Below, piece by piece: positions 52,408 through 64,000 of a DNA stretch of 64,000 nt. How positions within the stretch are numbered: the first letter of the stretch is position 1; each line of letters opens with the position of its first letter. The notes below the pieces were generated by a model that saw nothing but the letters and a program-made list of their open reading frames with translations, was not told the origin of the DNA and did no database searches. Source of the DNA: Eledone cirrhosa (lineage: Eukaryota); NCBI GenBank assembly GCA_964016885.1, contig OZ024740.1, positions 106,206,001 to 106,270,000 on the forward strand. Reading direction: 5' to 3'. Both the position numbers and the translations under genes were made by a program.

Positions 52408-53335
52408 GTTAAGTAAAATTGGCAAAAGATACAAGAACTCCATTGTCATTGGATGTCAAAATGGAGATACACAGTTTCAACCCCTGTCGACAGTACTACT
52501 AGTTGACTAGATAAGTCGATCAGAGCACCCCACATTTCTGTTCACCCACCTAAGATTATATATTTCCCGGTGACCACAAACATTCCCTGTAAGAATTTGT
52601 TGGGGGGAGGGGGCTCATTAATAAAAGCCTCCACATCCTCTGGACCAAATTACTTTATATCTTTATATAATTCTTTTGTTGTTAGAAGTAATAATGATGA
52701 TGATAATGATAATGATGATGATGATGATGGGGTGTAGTGGTGGAGGTGATGATAATAGTAATGATGATGATGACGATAATGATTATGAGGATGCAAACAA
52801 TCAAAGAATTAAATACAAAAACATAAAATAACAGTAAAAATCGGAAGTAAAATTCAAGTCCCTCCCTTCCGGAAGGAACTTGCATTCTTCCTTAGAAACT
52901 AAAGAAATTAATTAAAAGAAAGACAACAAAATCAAAACCAAGAGACAATGCAAAACAAAATGGAGGTAGAAAAATGAACGATTTCAATCCTACAACGTCT
53001 TGTCAAGGTTGCCAAACCTAAAAAAAAGTCGTACAGGATTTTTTGTATTGATTTTGATATTCATAAGTTTTTCTTTTTCATTTTTTTCCTCCGCATTTCC
53101 ATCAGGTGCAACTGAATTTTCCAATCACTTAAGTAAAATACAATCATTTTTGACAGTCAAATTACTGTTTCTCTACTACTATACTACTATACCTATTGAT
53201 AGTGGTGGGAGAATATAGTGATGGTGTAGGCGCTGGTGACAATGAAGAGGTATCATTTTAATTCTAAATGTCGCCATTTTGAAAGGTATTTTTAAAATAT
53301 GTCTTTAGTATTATTATTATTATTATTGTTGTTAT

Positions 53336-56300
53336 TCCTTGAATCTCAGTCATTGATGTTAGTTAACTGGAAAGTCCGTTGGAATGAATATCAAGCCACT
53401 ACCTGCAGCCTCAGATATTCAGGACGTATCGGAGGGTTCTTGCTGTTCCCAGCAAGCATGCCTTTTGAAGCGTTCCAAAAAGCGTGAAGGGGCCGATTTT
53501 CTTTAACCATCCCTGGAAACTTTTGGAGTGCGCTTATGACAATCGGGATCGGTTTGACTTCATGGCAGTTCCAAACTCTTTTTACCTCCCACTTTAAGTC
53601 CTGGTATCGGTTAATTTTCTCCCTCTCCTTCTCTTGCACTCTCGTGTCGAATGGGCAGGCCACATCCACAATCAGACATGATATTTTTTCTTTGTCCACA
53701 ACCACCAGGTCAGGTCTATTGTGTTCCAGTTTCTTGTCCGTCTGTATCCTAAAATCCCACAGCACCTTCACCTGATCGTTCTCCATCACCGCCTCTGGCT
53801 TATGCTCATACCATTTCTCAGAATGTGGTAAATTGTTTACTTTGCACAGGTGCCAGTGGATCACCCTGCCCATAACATCATGTCTCCAGCCCTTATAGTG
53901 GGTCTGGGCTAGGTGTTTACACTCGGATACAATGTGAGCCACAGTCTCCTCTCTCTCTCTCCACAGATCCTGCACAGTGGGCTAGCCTCCTCCTTGTAAA
54001 TATGGTGTTTCAACCACTTCGTTTTGAGGGCCTGCTCCTGCGCAGCCATTAACATTCCTTCTGTAGCCTTTTTAAGGTCTCCTCTTCTCAATCAGTTCCA
54101 TGTCTGTGGATCTCTAAATTCAGTTTTCTCAAAGAAGGTACTATGAAGGGATTTTTCCTGAAGGCTGCTCTTTCTCCTTGATGTTATTTCCTCCTTGGAC
54201 ATCCCCTGGCCTATTGTCCCCTCCTTCAGTACAGTTCTGAGCATTGGCTCCTTACTATCAGTCACGTATTTGTGTAGGTTGTTTTCTCCATCTGAACACA
54301 GTCCTCTATGCTGATAAGACCTCTTCCACCCTCAGATCTCCTTAGGTAGAGTCTATCGACATCACTCCTCTTGTAGAACATGTTGTAGATAGTCAATAGC
54401 TTCCTAGTCTTCCTATCCATTTCTTTTTGTTCAGCAACATTCCATCTCAGAATTCCCGCACTGTACCTAATAATAGACACAGCTCGGGAATTTACTGCGC
54501 TTATGGCATTTCTGCTGTTCAGATGTGACTTCAATACGCTCCTTATTCTCCGAATGTATTCAGTTCTTAACAATTCCTTCATTTTTTTTGTTCTTTATGC
54601 CATCAGCCTCCAGAACGCCCAAATACTTGTATCCTTCCTCAGAGTCAATTTCCTTTATCATCTCACCTGTTGGTATCTGGATTCCGTTACTTCTGCTCAA
54701 CCTACCCCTCCTCATCACAATGACTCCACACTTACTAATACCAAACTGCATACATATATCACTGCTGAAAATACGGACAGTGTCAACAAGCACATCCAAC
54801 TCCTTCTCACTCTTCCCGAAGAGCTTAAGATCGTCCATGAAGAGGAGGTGATTGATGGTAAGCCCTCCATTTCCCAACCCGTATCCTGCTCTCACATTTC
54901 GCAGTACACTCGGTCAGGGGCATCAGGGCAAGGACAAACAACAGAGGGGACAGGCTATCTCCCTGGAAGATACCTCTCTTGATCTTCACGCTTCCCAAGG
55001 ATTCTCCAGTTGATGTCAACTCTGTTTCCCAGGACCTCATACTCTTGCCCAACAACTGTCTGATGTTATCTGCCACATTGAAGATCTCCAGGCTTTTGGT
55101 GATCCAAGAATGAGGCACCATGTCAAATGCCTTTCTGTAGTCTATCCATCCCATGGCAAGATCAGTGTGTCTCCTCCTGCAATTCCCCATTACCATCTTA
55201 TCAATAAGTAACTGGTCCTTTGTACCACGTGACTTCTTTCGGCATCCTTTCTGTTCGTTCGGTAACAAGTTGTTTGTGTGGAGGTGATGGTAGATTTCCT
55301 CAGACACAATGCTCGTCAACAGTTTCCACATTACGGACAGACATGTGATAGGTCTATAGTTGGTAACATCATTACCCTTGATTCGGTCTTTCATTATCAG
55401 AACTGTGGTACCTTTTGTCAACCACTCTGGTACCTCACCTGACATCAAGCAGTCATTGAACATGGTTGTCAGTTTCGGGTGGAGGGATGTTATATTTTTA
55501 ATCCAATACCCCTGCACACCATCTGGGCCTGGTGATTTCCAGTTGGTTAGTTTTTTGGCCTGCCCCTTAAGAGTTTCAACTGTGATACTCAAATCAGTTT
55601 GTTGGTGTGCCTGCTCTCCGATCTCCCTCTGTACTGTCTCAATCCACCCTGCCTGGTCATTATGTCTAACATCCTGCTCCCATATTCCTCTCCAGAATGT
55701 TTTAGTTTGTTCCGCCTAAGGGATCAAGTCGTTGCCTCTTTCTTCCCCCTCAAGCTGTCCAAACAGCATCTTCTGGTTGTTGTCGAACATGCGGTTCTGT
55801 TTATACTGACTGACTCTGTTCTCGTATCGCCTGATTTTTGCACTCTTTGCTACAATGCGTTGCTTCAGTTCCTCTATGATAATATTTAGCTTTTTCCTCC
55901 TAGTTTTGTACTTTATTTCCAGTCTATTTTAAGTGCCTATGTTTTTTAGTGTCCCATTCAGTAGTGACTCAAGCTTTCCAATGTCATTTCTCATTTCCCT
56001 GATTTGACCACTCAGTCGTTTCTTCCACCAAGGCTCTGCTCTTTCTTGTCTGTTGTTTCCTCTCGCTTTTATACTAAGTAGTTTCCTCACCGTATTTGCT
56101 GTTGCTTTGAGGATATTGTTGCACTGGTGAAGGCTCCTCGCCTCAAGGTATGGCTCAAGATGACTTTGTTTACCTTAGCTGTTGTTTCTTTTAACTTTTT
56201 CCTGTCTACAAATCTTAGGTTCATAGGTTTCCTACTATCATTGTTCAATTCATCTACCACTAAATTTAGGATGTCAACCGAATCTTGTCCTAGCCCGTCA

Positions 56301-56925
56301 GCATTCATCTCCTCAGTGGCCGTATCTCTGTTCCAGGTATTATTTATCTCAGTATTCAGATCATTGTCTGCTTCGGGTGGTTCCTCCGTTCTCTCAACCT
56401 CTTCACCTTCATTTCCCACTGGCTCGCTTGCCTGGCATACTCCACCCTCCATCTCCAAGCTAACCTCTCTGCTCAGTTCCTCCAGTTCCAGCTCGCTTAT
56501 CCACCCATTAGTTCTTATTACCCGAGCCTGCCCGGCCAATTTTTGTTCATCTAATTCAAATAGACCAATCTCGTTCCAGATGTTATGCATCCGTCTCCTA
56601 TAGCCCCTCTCCTTGGGGTTACTTTTCAGGTAACATTGCAGTTGGTTCTGGTCCCTTTCCTTCTTCTTCTTCCTCCGACACCAGCAGTATTTGGTTGACA
56701 GCCAGGTTCCTGCTGCTGAGCCAGGGAGCACCTGTTGGGTGAGAGTCTGTCACATGACGTTCTAGTCTCCATTTCACCGTTATTCGAACTGTTTAGGTTC
56801 GATATTTAAACACTCTTATCGAGGATTGGCGAATGTATGGTTATATAACCATCTGTGGATTCACCGTCTCCGGTGGTTGCGTCGCTCCACTTGGCTCTTG
56901 TGTGGCATTATCACCACGCTGTAGA
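53336..56925 (-). mobile_element. near full-length R4/Dong-clade non-LTR retrotransposon (RT + CCHC + RLE), frameshifted
   Basis: WKSPGPDGV, RGIFQGDSLSPLLF, NHLLFMDDLKL, CRICG..ETVAHIVSEC, RHD, HNRPDLVVVD..IVDVACP..EKEREKINRYQDL; (TAA)n at the 3' end. Confidence 0.93.
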
Positions 56926-57974
56926 CGAACACAAATAAACAAACAAACAAACAGGCAGAAAAAACCCCAAAGATGAATAAGCATAAGTTTCATTGTAATG
57001 TAGTGTTCGAATTCTGACTTAGTTTTTCGCTTCTCTTCTCTGTCCGTCCACTTGTTTCTCTCTTCATTCTTATTTCTTTATGTTTTTTTTTTGTTTTTGT
57101 TTTTCTCTGTTTGTTTTTTTTTTTGTTGTTGTTGCTGTGCTGCTTTGGTTTTGATTTTTGTTTTTTCTCTTTTGAGTCTATATATTTTGATGCCTTCCTC
57201 TTTTTTAGTAGGAATTCTATAATGTGGTGGCAGTGCTGTGCTAGCAGCAACTAGCAGGAAGCAATGGGAGAGAATAGCGGCGGTAGCGATACTGAGACAG
57301 TGGTGGTGGTGATGTCGATACTGAGGCAGTGGTGGTGGTGATGTGATCGTATTACTGTAGTGATGGTGTTGTAGCGGTGGTAGCAATGAAGGAGTGGTGG
57401 CGGCGGTGATGGGATAGTGGTAGTAATGGTGGATGGGCGGCGTTGTCGTTACTAATGTCCGTTCGGTGAATCTATGGGGTTAGTCGCGTACATGTGTTGA
57501 CATAAATTCCCTTAATGTTGGAATTAAAAATTTTGTTAAAACTTGGGACAATAATAATTGTATTTATTATTATCATTATTATGTTGAGATTGGTTGTGGT
57601 GGTGGTGAAGTTGCCGTTATCTGGCTGTTGTGTTTAGTGTACACAGAGAGGTGATGGGGTAGGTGGTGTATCTAGTTTCTGGTGTTGGTGAGATTGGTGT
57701 TGTTTGGCTGTTCTATATAGTGTAGACAGAGGAGCAGGGTCTTCTTCTTCCATTATAGCCATTTTCTTTTTTGAATATACAATGTACAATACAAAGTTGA
57801 ATATTTGAATATTTGAGCCTTATAACAATATATTTTGGGTCCGAATTTTTGGGGAGCTCAAGCTGGATGCTTTACGTAACATTTGTACTAAGAGTTGTTA
57901 TTTCACAAATGATTTAAATATGTTAAAAATTCAAAACTTACGGGAGCGATTTCATGACCTTCCATGACCTTCCA

Positions 57975-58037
<63 letters not shown>

Positions 58038-58038
58038 G

Positions 58039-58514
58039 TTCTTTGAGTCTCAGTCATTGATGTTAGTTAACTGGAAAGTTCGTTGAAATGAATATCAAGC
58101 CACTACCTGCAGCCTCAGATATTCAGGACGTATCGCAGGGTTCTTGCTGTTCCCAGCAAGCATGCCTTTTGAAGTGTTCCAAAAGGCGGGGCCAATTTTC
58201 TTTAACCATCCTTGGACACTCTTTGAGATAGTACCTAGTGCGCCTATGACAATCGGGACCACTTTGACTTCATGGCAGTTCCAAATCCTTTTTACCTCCC
58301 ACTTTAAGTCCTGGTATCGGTTAATTTTCTCCCTCTCCTTCTCTTGCACTCTCGTGTCGAATGGGCAGGCCACATCCACAATCAGGCACGCTCTTTTTTC
58401 CTTGTCCAAAACCACCAGGTCAGGTCTATTGTGTTCCAGTTTCTTGTCCGTCTGTATCCTAAAATCCCACAGCACCTTCACCTGATCATTTTCTATCACC
58501 GACTCTGGCTTATT
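58039..58514 (-). mobile_element. 5'-truncated R4/Dong copy
   Basis: highly similar to 53336-53805; (ATT)n on both sides. Confidence 0.92.
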
Positions 58515-58542
58515 CTCTATTATTATTATTATTATTATTATA

Positions 58543-58737
58543 AGGGCGGTGGATTGGCAGTATCGGTAGAGGGTCGAGCGCCATTCTTTCCGGCATAGTT
58601 ACGTCCCTTTACGATCTGAGTTCAAATCCTGCCAAGGTTGACTTTGCCTTTCATCCTTACGGGGTCGATAAAATAAAGTACCAGTAATGCACTGGTTATT
58701 TGCTGGCCTTGTGCCTAAAGTAGAAACAATTATTATT
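58543..58737 (+). mobile_element. full-length SINE in (ATT)n
   Basis: complete consensus. Confidence 0.9.
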
Positions 58738-58749
58738 ATTATTATTATT

Positions 58750-59591
58750 AGTCTCAGTCATTGATGTTATTTAACTGGAAAGTTTGTTGAAATGAATATT
58801 AAGCCGCTACCTGCAGCCTCAGATATTCAGGACGTATCGGAGGGTTCTTGTTGTTCCCAGCAAGAATGCCTTTTGAAGTGTTCCAAAAAGCGGGGCTGGA
58901 CTAATCTTCTTTAACCATCCTTGGAAATTCTTTGAGATAGTACCTAGGGCGCGTATGACAATCGGGACGACCTTGATTTCATGGCAGTTCCAAATCCTTT
59001 TTACCTCCCACTTTAAGTCTTGGTATCGGTTAATTTTCTCCCTCTCCTTTTCTTGCACTCTCGGGTCAACTGGGCAGGCTACATCTACAATCAGCGCGCT
59101 CTTTTTTCCTTGTCCCAAACCATCAGGTCAGGCCTATTGTGTTCTAGTTTCTTGTCCGTCTGTATCCTAAAATCCCATAGCACCTTCACCTGGTCGTTTT
59201 CTATCACCGACTCTGGCTTATGCTCATACCACTTGTCAGAATGGTAAATTGTTTACTTTGCATAGATGCCAGTGGATCACCCTGCCTATCACATCATGTC
59301 TCCAGCCTTTATAGTGAGTCTGGGCTAGGTGTTTACACTCGGATACGATGTGAGCCACAGTCTCCTCTCTCCACAGATCCTACAGTGAGCTAGCCTCCTC
59401 CTTGTCAATATGGTGTTTCACCCACTTCGTTCTGCTCTTGCGCAGCCATTAGCATTTCCTTCTGTATCTTTTTTAAGGTCTCCTCTTTTTAACCAGTTCT
59501 TTGTCTGTGGATCTCTAAATTCCGTTTTCTTAAAGAAGGTGCTATGAAGGGATTTTTCATGAAGGTTGTTCTTCCTCCTTGTTGTTATTTC

Positions 59592-59594
<3 letters not shown>
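58750..59594 (-). mobile_element. 5'-truncated R4/Dong copy
   Basis: colinear with ~53343-54192; (ATT)n on both sides. Confidence 0.92.
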
Positions 59595-59660
<66 letters not shown>

Positions 59661-59662
<2 letters not shown>

Positions 59663-62600
59663 CGATCTGTTCAGACGCTTTTTGCTCGCTCCCAGTAAGT
59701 CGCTTTATTTGCCTGTTAAAATTATATTTGGTTAAATATTTCTGGTTATGTAAGGGATATAAGCCCCTACACTTTGCCCTGTGAAGGGAAAGTAAAATAT
59801 TTGGGCCTTTTGGCCCAAATATTTGAAAATTTTACTTTAAAAAAAAAATTGTTTAAAAAAAAAAACCATGGCTGAGCCACGCCCCAGCAATATGTCTGCT
59901 GTCGTCTGACAACAGCGTAAAAGTTGAGAGGAGGGTTACAAACATTATTACCACAGACACCACCACAAACAACGTGAACAAAGACAACACTGAGAACAAT
60001 AATTTCGAAAAAATTACCACACCAACTGCAACAATAACAGCGTCAACCAAAATACAGACAACAGAAAAAAATGACAACAAATGCAACAATGATATTACCA
60101 CCACTAACAAGAAAATAAACAACGACAACACCAATAACAACAATACAAATTGCACCGAAAACAACAACAACGGTGGCACGAAAAACAACCAACTACAACA
60201 GTGATAACAGCAACAACACCAACAACACCGTTTGTAGCAGTAGCAACAGCAACAACACCAACAACAAGACCAGTAGCGGCAGCAATAATGGTGCCGCTGA
60301 AAAAGGGGCCACTTCTTTCGCAGGTGTAGGCTGAAATATAGAAACAGTGCTAGTCACTGAGGAGGACATGGTGTCGAGAAACAACATAGTTTCCCTGAAA
60401 CCTCCACCCGATTTCTTCAAAGACCAGCAACTGCGCACGGTGACTTACCGTACCGTAAACAAAATGTCGCATCGGGTGGAGAGAACCACGGAGGCTCAAA
60501 TCCAAAAGGCCTTGGGGTGCGTCTGGGCGCGCAAAACCTACATCACCCGAGGCAAAAAGTACGGCACAGTAGACGCCACCCCCCAAGAGGCGAAGTCTCA
60601 CTCTTAGGAAACCCTAAAGAGTGAGGAGATAGTCTTGGTGCCCTCCTACTGCGGGCAGAAAATTGTGAGGGTCAAAGTGACCCAGGTCCCGCCCGACATG
60701 CCCATACCTTGGCTGGCCGCGTATGTACTGGCTGGAATCGTGGAGAAGACCACCATACTACAAATACAGAGAATGGGAAGAGAGAACTGGTCAGGAATAG
60801 GCATGCAAATGCTAATACAGACTGACCAGGAGTACATCGAGGCCATCCCAGACCTCATAGACCTCGAAGAAGGGCTCCATCTCCCTATAAGCGTGGAAGG
60901 AAGGCGCCCAAAGTTCTATTTCTGTGGGCAGAAGGGTCACCTCAGGGCCTTTTGCCCGCAGAAGACATCCAAGAAGAGGGCCCCCTCATTCCGACGCCTG
61001 ATCTGCTCCTACCAACAGCAGGGCAGGCAACAGAGGCAGAAGACCCTTTCATGGTGAGTAGGATGGCAACGCCCGTGGCACCCATACCAAGGCCACGGAC
61101 AACTAAAGTAACGGCAGCAGTGGCGGCAACACCAACAGTCGCAGTAGCTAAACCGGCAGTAAAATCGCCGGAGCGGGCTCCACTACCACCACCAACAGCA
61201 GTGGAGATCATGCCCCTCCCGGACGCCGCGGAGTCCGACATGGAGTGTGAGGCAGGAAGAAAGTGGCAAACGGTCAGCCACAAAAAACAAAAAACAAAAA
61301 TAGCCTTAGCTTCACCCTCCAAAAGCGAAGGCAGACAAAGAGGGGCAAAGGCTGCAAGGAGACTTGCAGCAACACTACCATCATCACCATCACCACCACA
61401 AGCATCACCACCAACAACAACCACACCACCACCAGCATCACCAAAAACACCAACATCGCAAACACAACAAAACACACACACCAAACAACAACAAGAAGAA
61501 AACAGCAACAAAATCGCCCCTCCGCCAAAAAAGTATAAACATGGCAAATAAAGAACTCCTACAACACATAAAGCAGCACACAGACATCACAAAAAAAAAC
61601 TACTACACCTCACCTACACCAAGAACTCTCCCGACAAACATAAGCATCATTGAAATCTCAATAGAACATTAAAAACTTTTAAATCAAATATTCCCCAACG
61701 CAGTTGGAGACTGCAGAGGGTCGCTTACCAAGAGGATATACACCGACATCCTCTTGGAAACACCCATGACCAGCTAAAGGGACGGTTCTACTGTCCCTTC
61801 ACCACACGATCAAGGTAAGTGATCCTTTCTCACTTACCCCGTTTCTCATCCGACATGGCCGTATTTAGAATAGGCAATATAAATGTACGTGGCCTGGGGT
61901 CATCTTGGAAGCAGGGTCACCTGCTCAACGACTTCAGGTCACTAAACATAGACGTGGTGGCCATCAGCGAGACCAGAATCTCCAAAGCACGAGCCTTCGC
62001 ACCGATTTTCGGCGGCTACGATGTATACGCATCTCCCAGCCGTCCAGGGCCGGGGGTAGGGGTTGTCGTGCTTTTTCGTAAAGGCTTGGATCTCGCCATA
62101 CGGGGGCCATATTCCTGAACCTAGAAGGTAAGTCGGTGGTGCTGGACGTGACCGGCAGCGAAGGCAATGCTTTCAGGCTAGTAGCCGTCTACGCCCCAAC
62201 AGGGGCAGGACGACCAGATTTCTTCAGACGTCTAGAGACCTTTCTTGAAACGTCCCGCTCTTTAGTGTTAGTGGGCGACTGGAACGGTATCTTAGATGCA
62301 CGCTGGGATTATGTGGGGCTAGTAGACAGGGCAGGTGGGTGTAAAAGCCTTAACAACCTGCTCAGACATTTTGAACTGTCTCACAGGTATAGACTGGATT
62401 ATCCAAATGTGCCAATGTGGACATGGGCAAACCGCATCGGGTCATCCAGATCGTATTTAGATAGGGTATTCTGTAGGGAAACAGATAAGGCTAGTGTAGG
62501 TTGTCCACAATTTAAAATAGTCGACTACACGGACCACAAATTTTTGATCTGTGAAGTTGACCTAGATAGACTCCATAGGCAAGGGCCTGGCTACTGGAAA

Positions 62601-64000
62601 CTGAACGCGTCGTTCCCGGCGCGCAAAGCTTACAGAGACCGGATTAGCGAATTAGTTAAGCGTACGTTGACGGGTGTAATCGTCAACAACAGGTGAAAAT
62701 GGCTATTAGAGTATAATCGATAAGATTTAGCAAAGGAGTAGTGATACAGGAAAATAGAGTAGAGGGAGAGTTAGTTAGAAAGCTAGAAGAGGCGTTTAGG
62801 ACAGGCATCGCAACCGACGTGCTTGCGGCGAGATTGGCATTCGACCAATTCTTCAACGCAAAGCATGAAGGCTGCGTTGTCAGAGATAGAACACGTGCTC
62901 TAAGACACGAGGGGACGAAAACCGTTCAATGGGCCCGGGTGGTGGAGGCGCGACGTGGCAACAAGTCCTCAATTCGGTCTTTGCCTGATCAAAACGGGCG
63001 TATGTTGCTCGAACCCGAGCAGATGTGTGTGGCTTTTCAACAGCACTTTGCTCAATTGTTCGGGAGCGGCGGCGGCCGGATCGGAGTATGGACTTCGGTG
63101 CATACTTCGACGGACTGCCGCGGCTCTCAACGACCGCATCGCAGTGCTGCGAAAAGCCGATAACAACAGGTGAAATACGGGGTCGATGTCTGACTGCATG
63201 AGGGGTAAATCGCCAGGTTTGGATGGTCTGCCCTACGAGCTTTATGCGTATATGCCAGATTTGTTCGGCGACATCTTTGCAGATGTCTATTGCAACTGGC
63301 AGCAGAACGGGAGCATTCCCAGTTTTGTGAGCCGGGGAGCGGTGGCGCTGCTGAGAAAAGAGCCGAACAAGGGGGACGTTATAGACATCTTCAGGCCCAT
63401 AACTCTGCTAAACGCAGAGTTTAAGATTTTGGCCAAGGTGTTAGCAAAGAGATTGGCGCTTGTCGTCGGTGATCTGGTGGAAGAGGCGCAGACATGCGCC
63501 ATCCCGGACAGATCCATCCACGACAACCACCATCGCATGCGATACATCATAGAGAGGTGGTTAAGGAACCTGGCATGGGTGGGGCCCTGATCAACTTGGA
63601 TCAATCTAAAGCATTTGATATGGTCGACCATCGGTACCTGGCTGCGGTCCTCGAGGCGGTCGGCTTCGCGCCCGTTTTTAGGGGCTGGATCGCTGCGATG
63701 CACAGCGACATCTGCTCGATTGTGAGGGTGAATTGTCACCTGTCGAAGCCTTTCAGCATCATGGGCTCGGTCCGCCAGGGTTGCCCCCTCTCGTCCCTCT
63801 TGTATGTACTGGCCCTCGAGCCGTTACTTCACAAATTGGAGACGATGAAGGGGGTCCCACGCGAACTGGGATGCGGAAGTTCCGTGTCAGCTTACGCCGA
63901 CGACGTCACCGTGGTGGTGTCGAGCACCAAACACGTCCAGATGCTGAGCACCGCTCTCAAGGAATACGAAGCGGTGACAGGAGCAAAGATAAACCAGGAA
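59661..64000 (+). mobile_element. Tx1/L1-like LINE, 5' end to RT domain (continues past the window)
   Basis: starts after (ATT)n; ORF1 fragments homologous to 44061-45830; ORF2 from ATG 61855 (MAVFRIGNINVRGLG) through RQGCPLS and AYADDV. Confidence 0.95.
61541..61822 (+). pseudogene. small inter-ORF frame of the Tx1 element (two in-frame stops)
   Basis: MANKELLQHIKQHTDITKKNYY...PTNISII...FPNAVGDCRGSLTKRIYTDILLETPMTS*RDGSTVPSP. Confidence 0.55.

Noticed and set aside
56820-56925. 5' ribozyme in the Dong leader
   Set aside because: Small hairpins only; no recognisable HDV or hammerhead core

Overview
AT-rich, microsatellite-laden animal intergenic or intronic DNA. The SINE families and repeat landscape suggest a cephalopod, probably Octopus (inference). 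No host protein-coding exon is supported; most ORF-track entries are translated microsatellites. The window is a mosaic of mobile elements: three Tx1/L1-like LINEs, three R4/Dong RLE LINEs, RTE remnants, tRNA-derived SINEs, a Tigger transposon with a nested telomere-repeat foldback, and mariner/hAT MITEs. The main signal is a dense set of type I hammerhead ribozymes (about 10 with intact cores, more degenerate). They lie in 5'-truncated Penelope-like elements (GIY-YIG) and in small non-coding ~260-450 nt retrozyme-like units. Most sit in (TA)n tracts, many carry an inverted arm, and several have an octamer motif 81-94 nt upstream of the ribozyme. Two divergent Tx1 copies also share a small third ORF between ORF1 and ORF2. 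All folds and alignments were done by eye.
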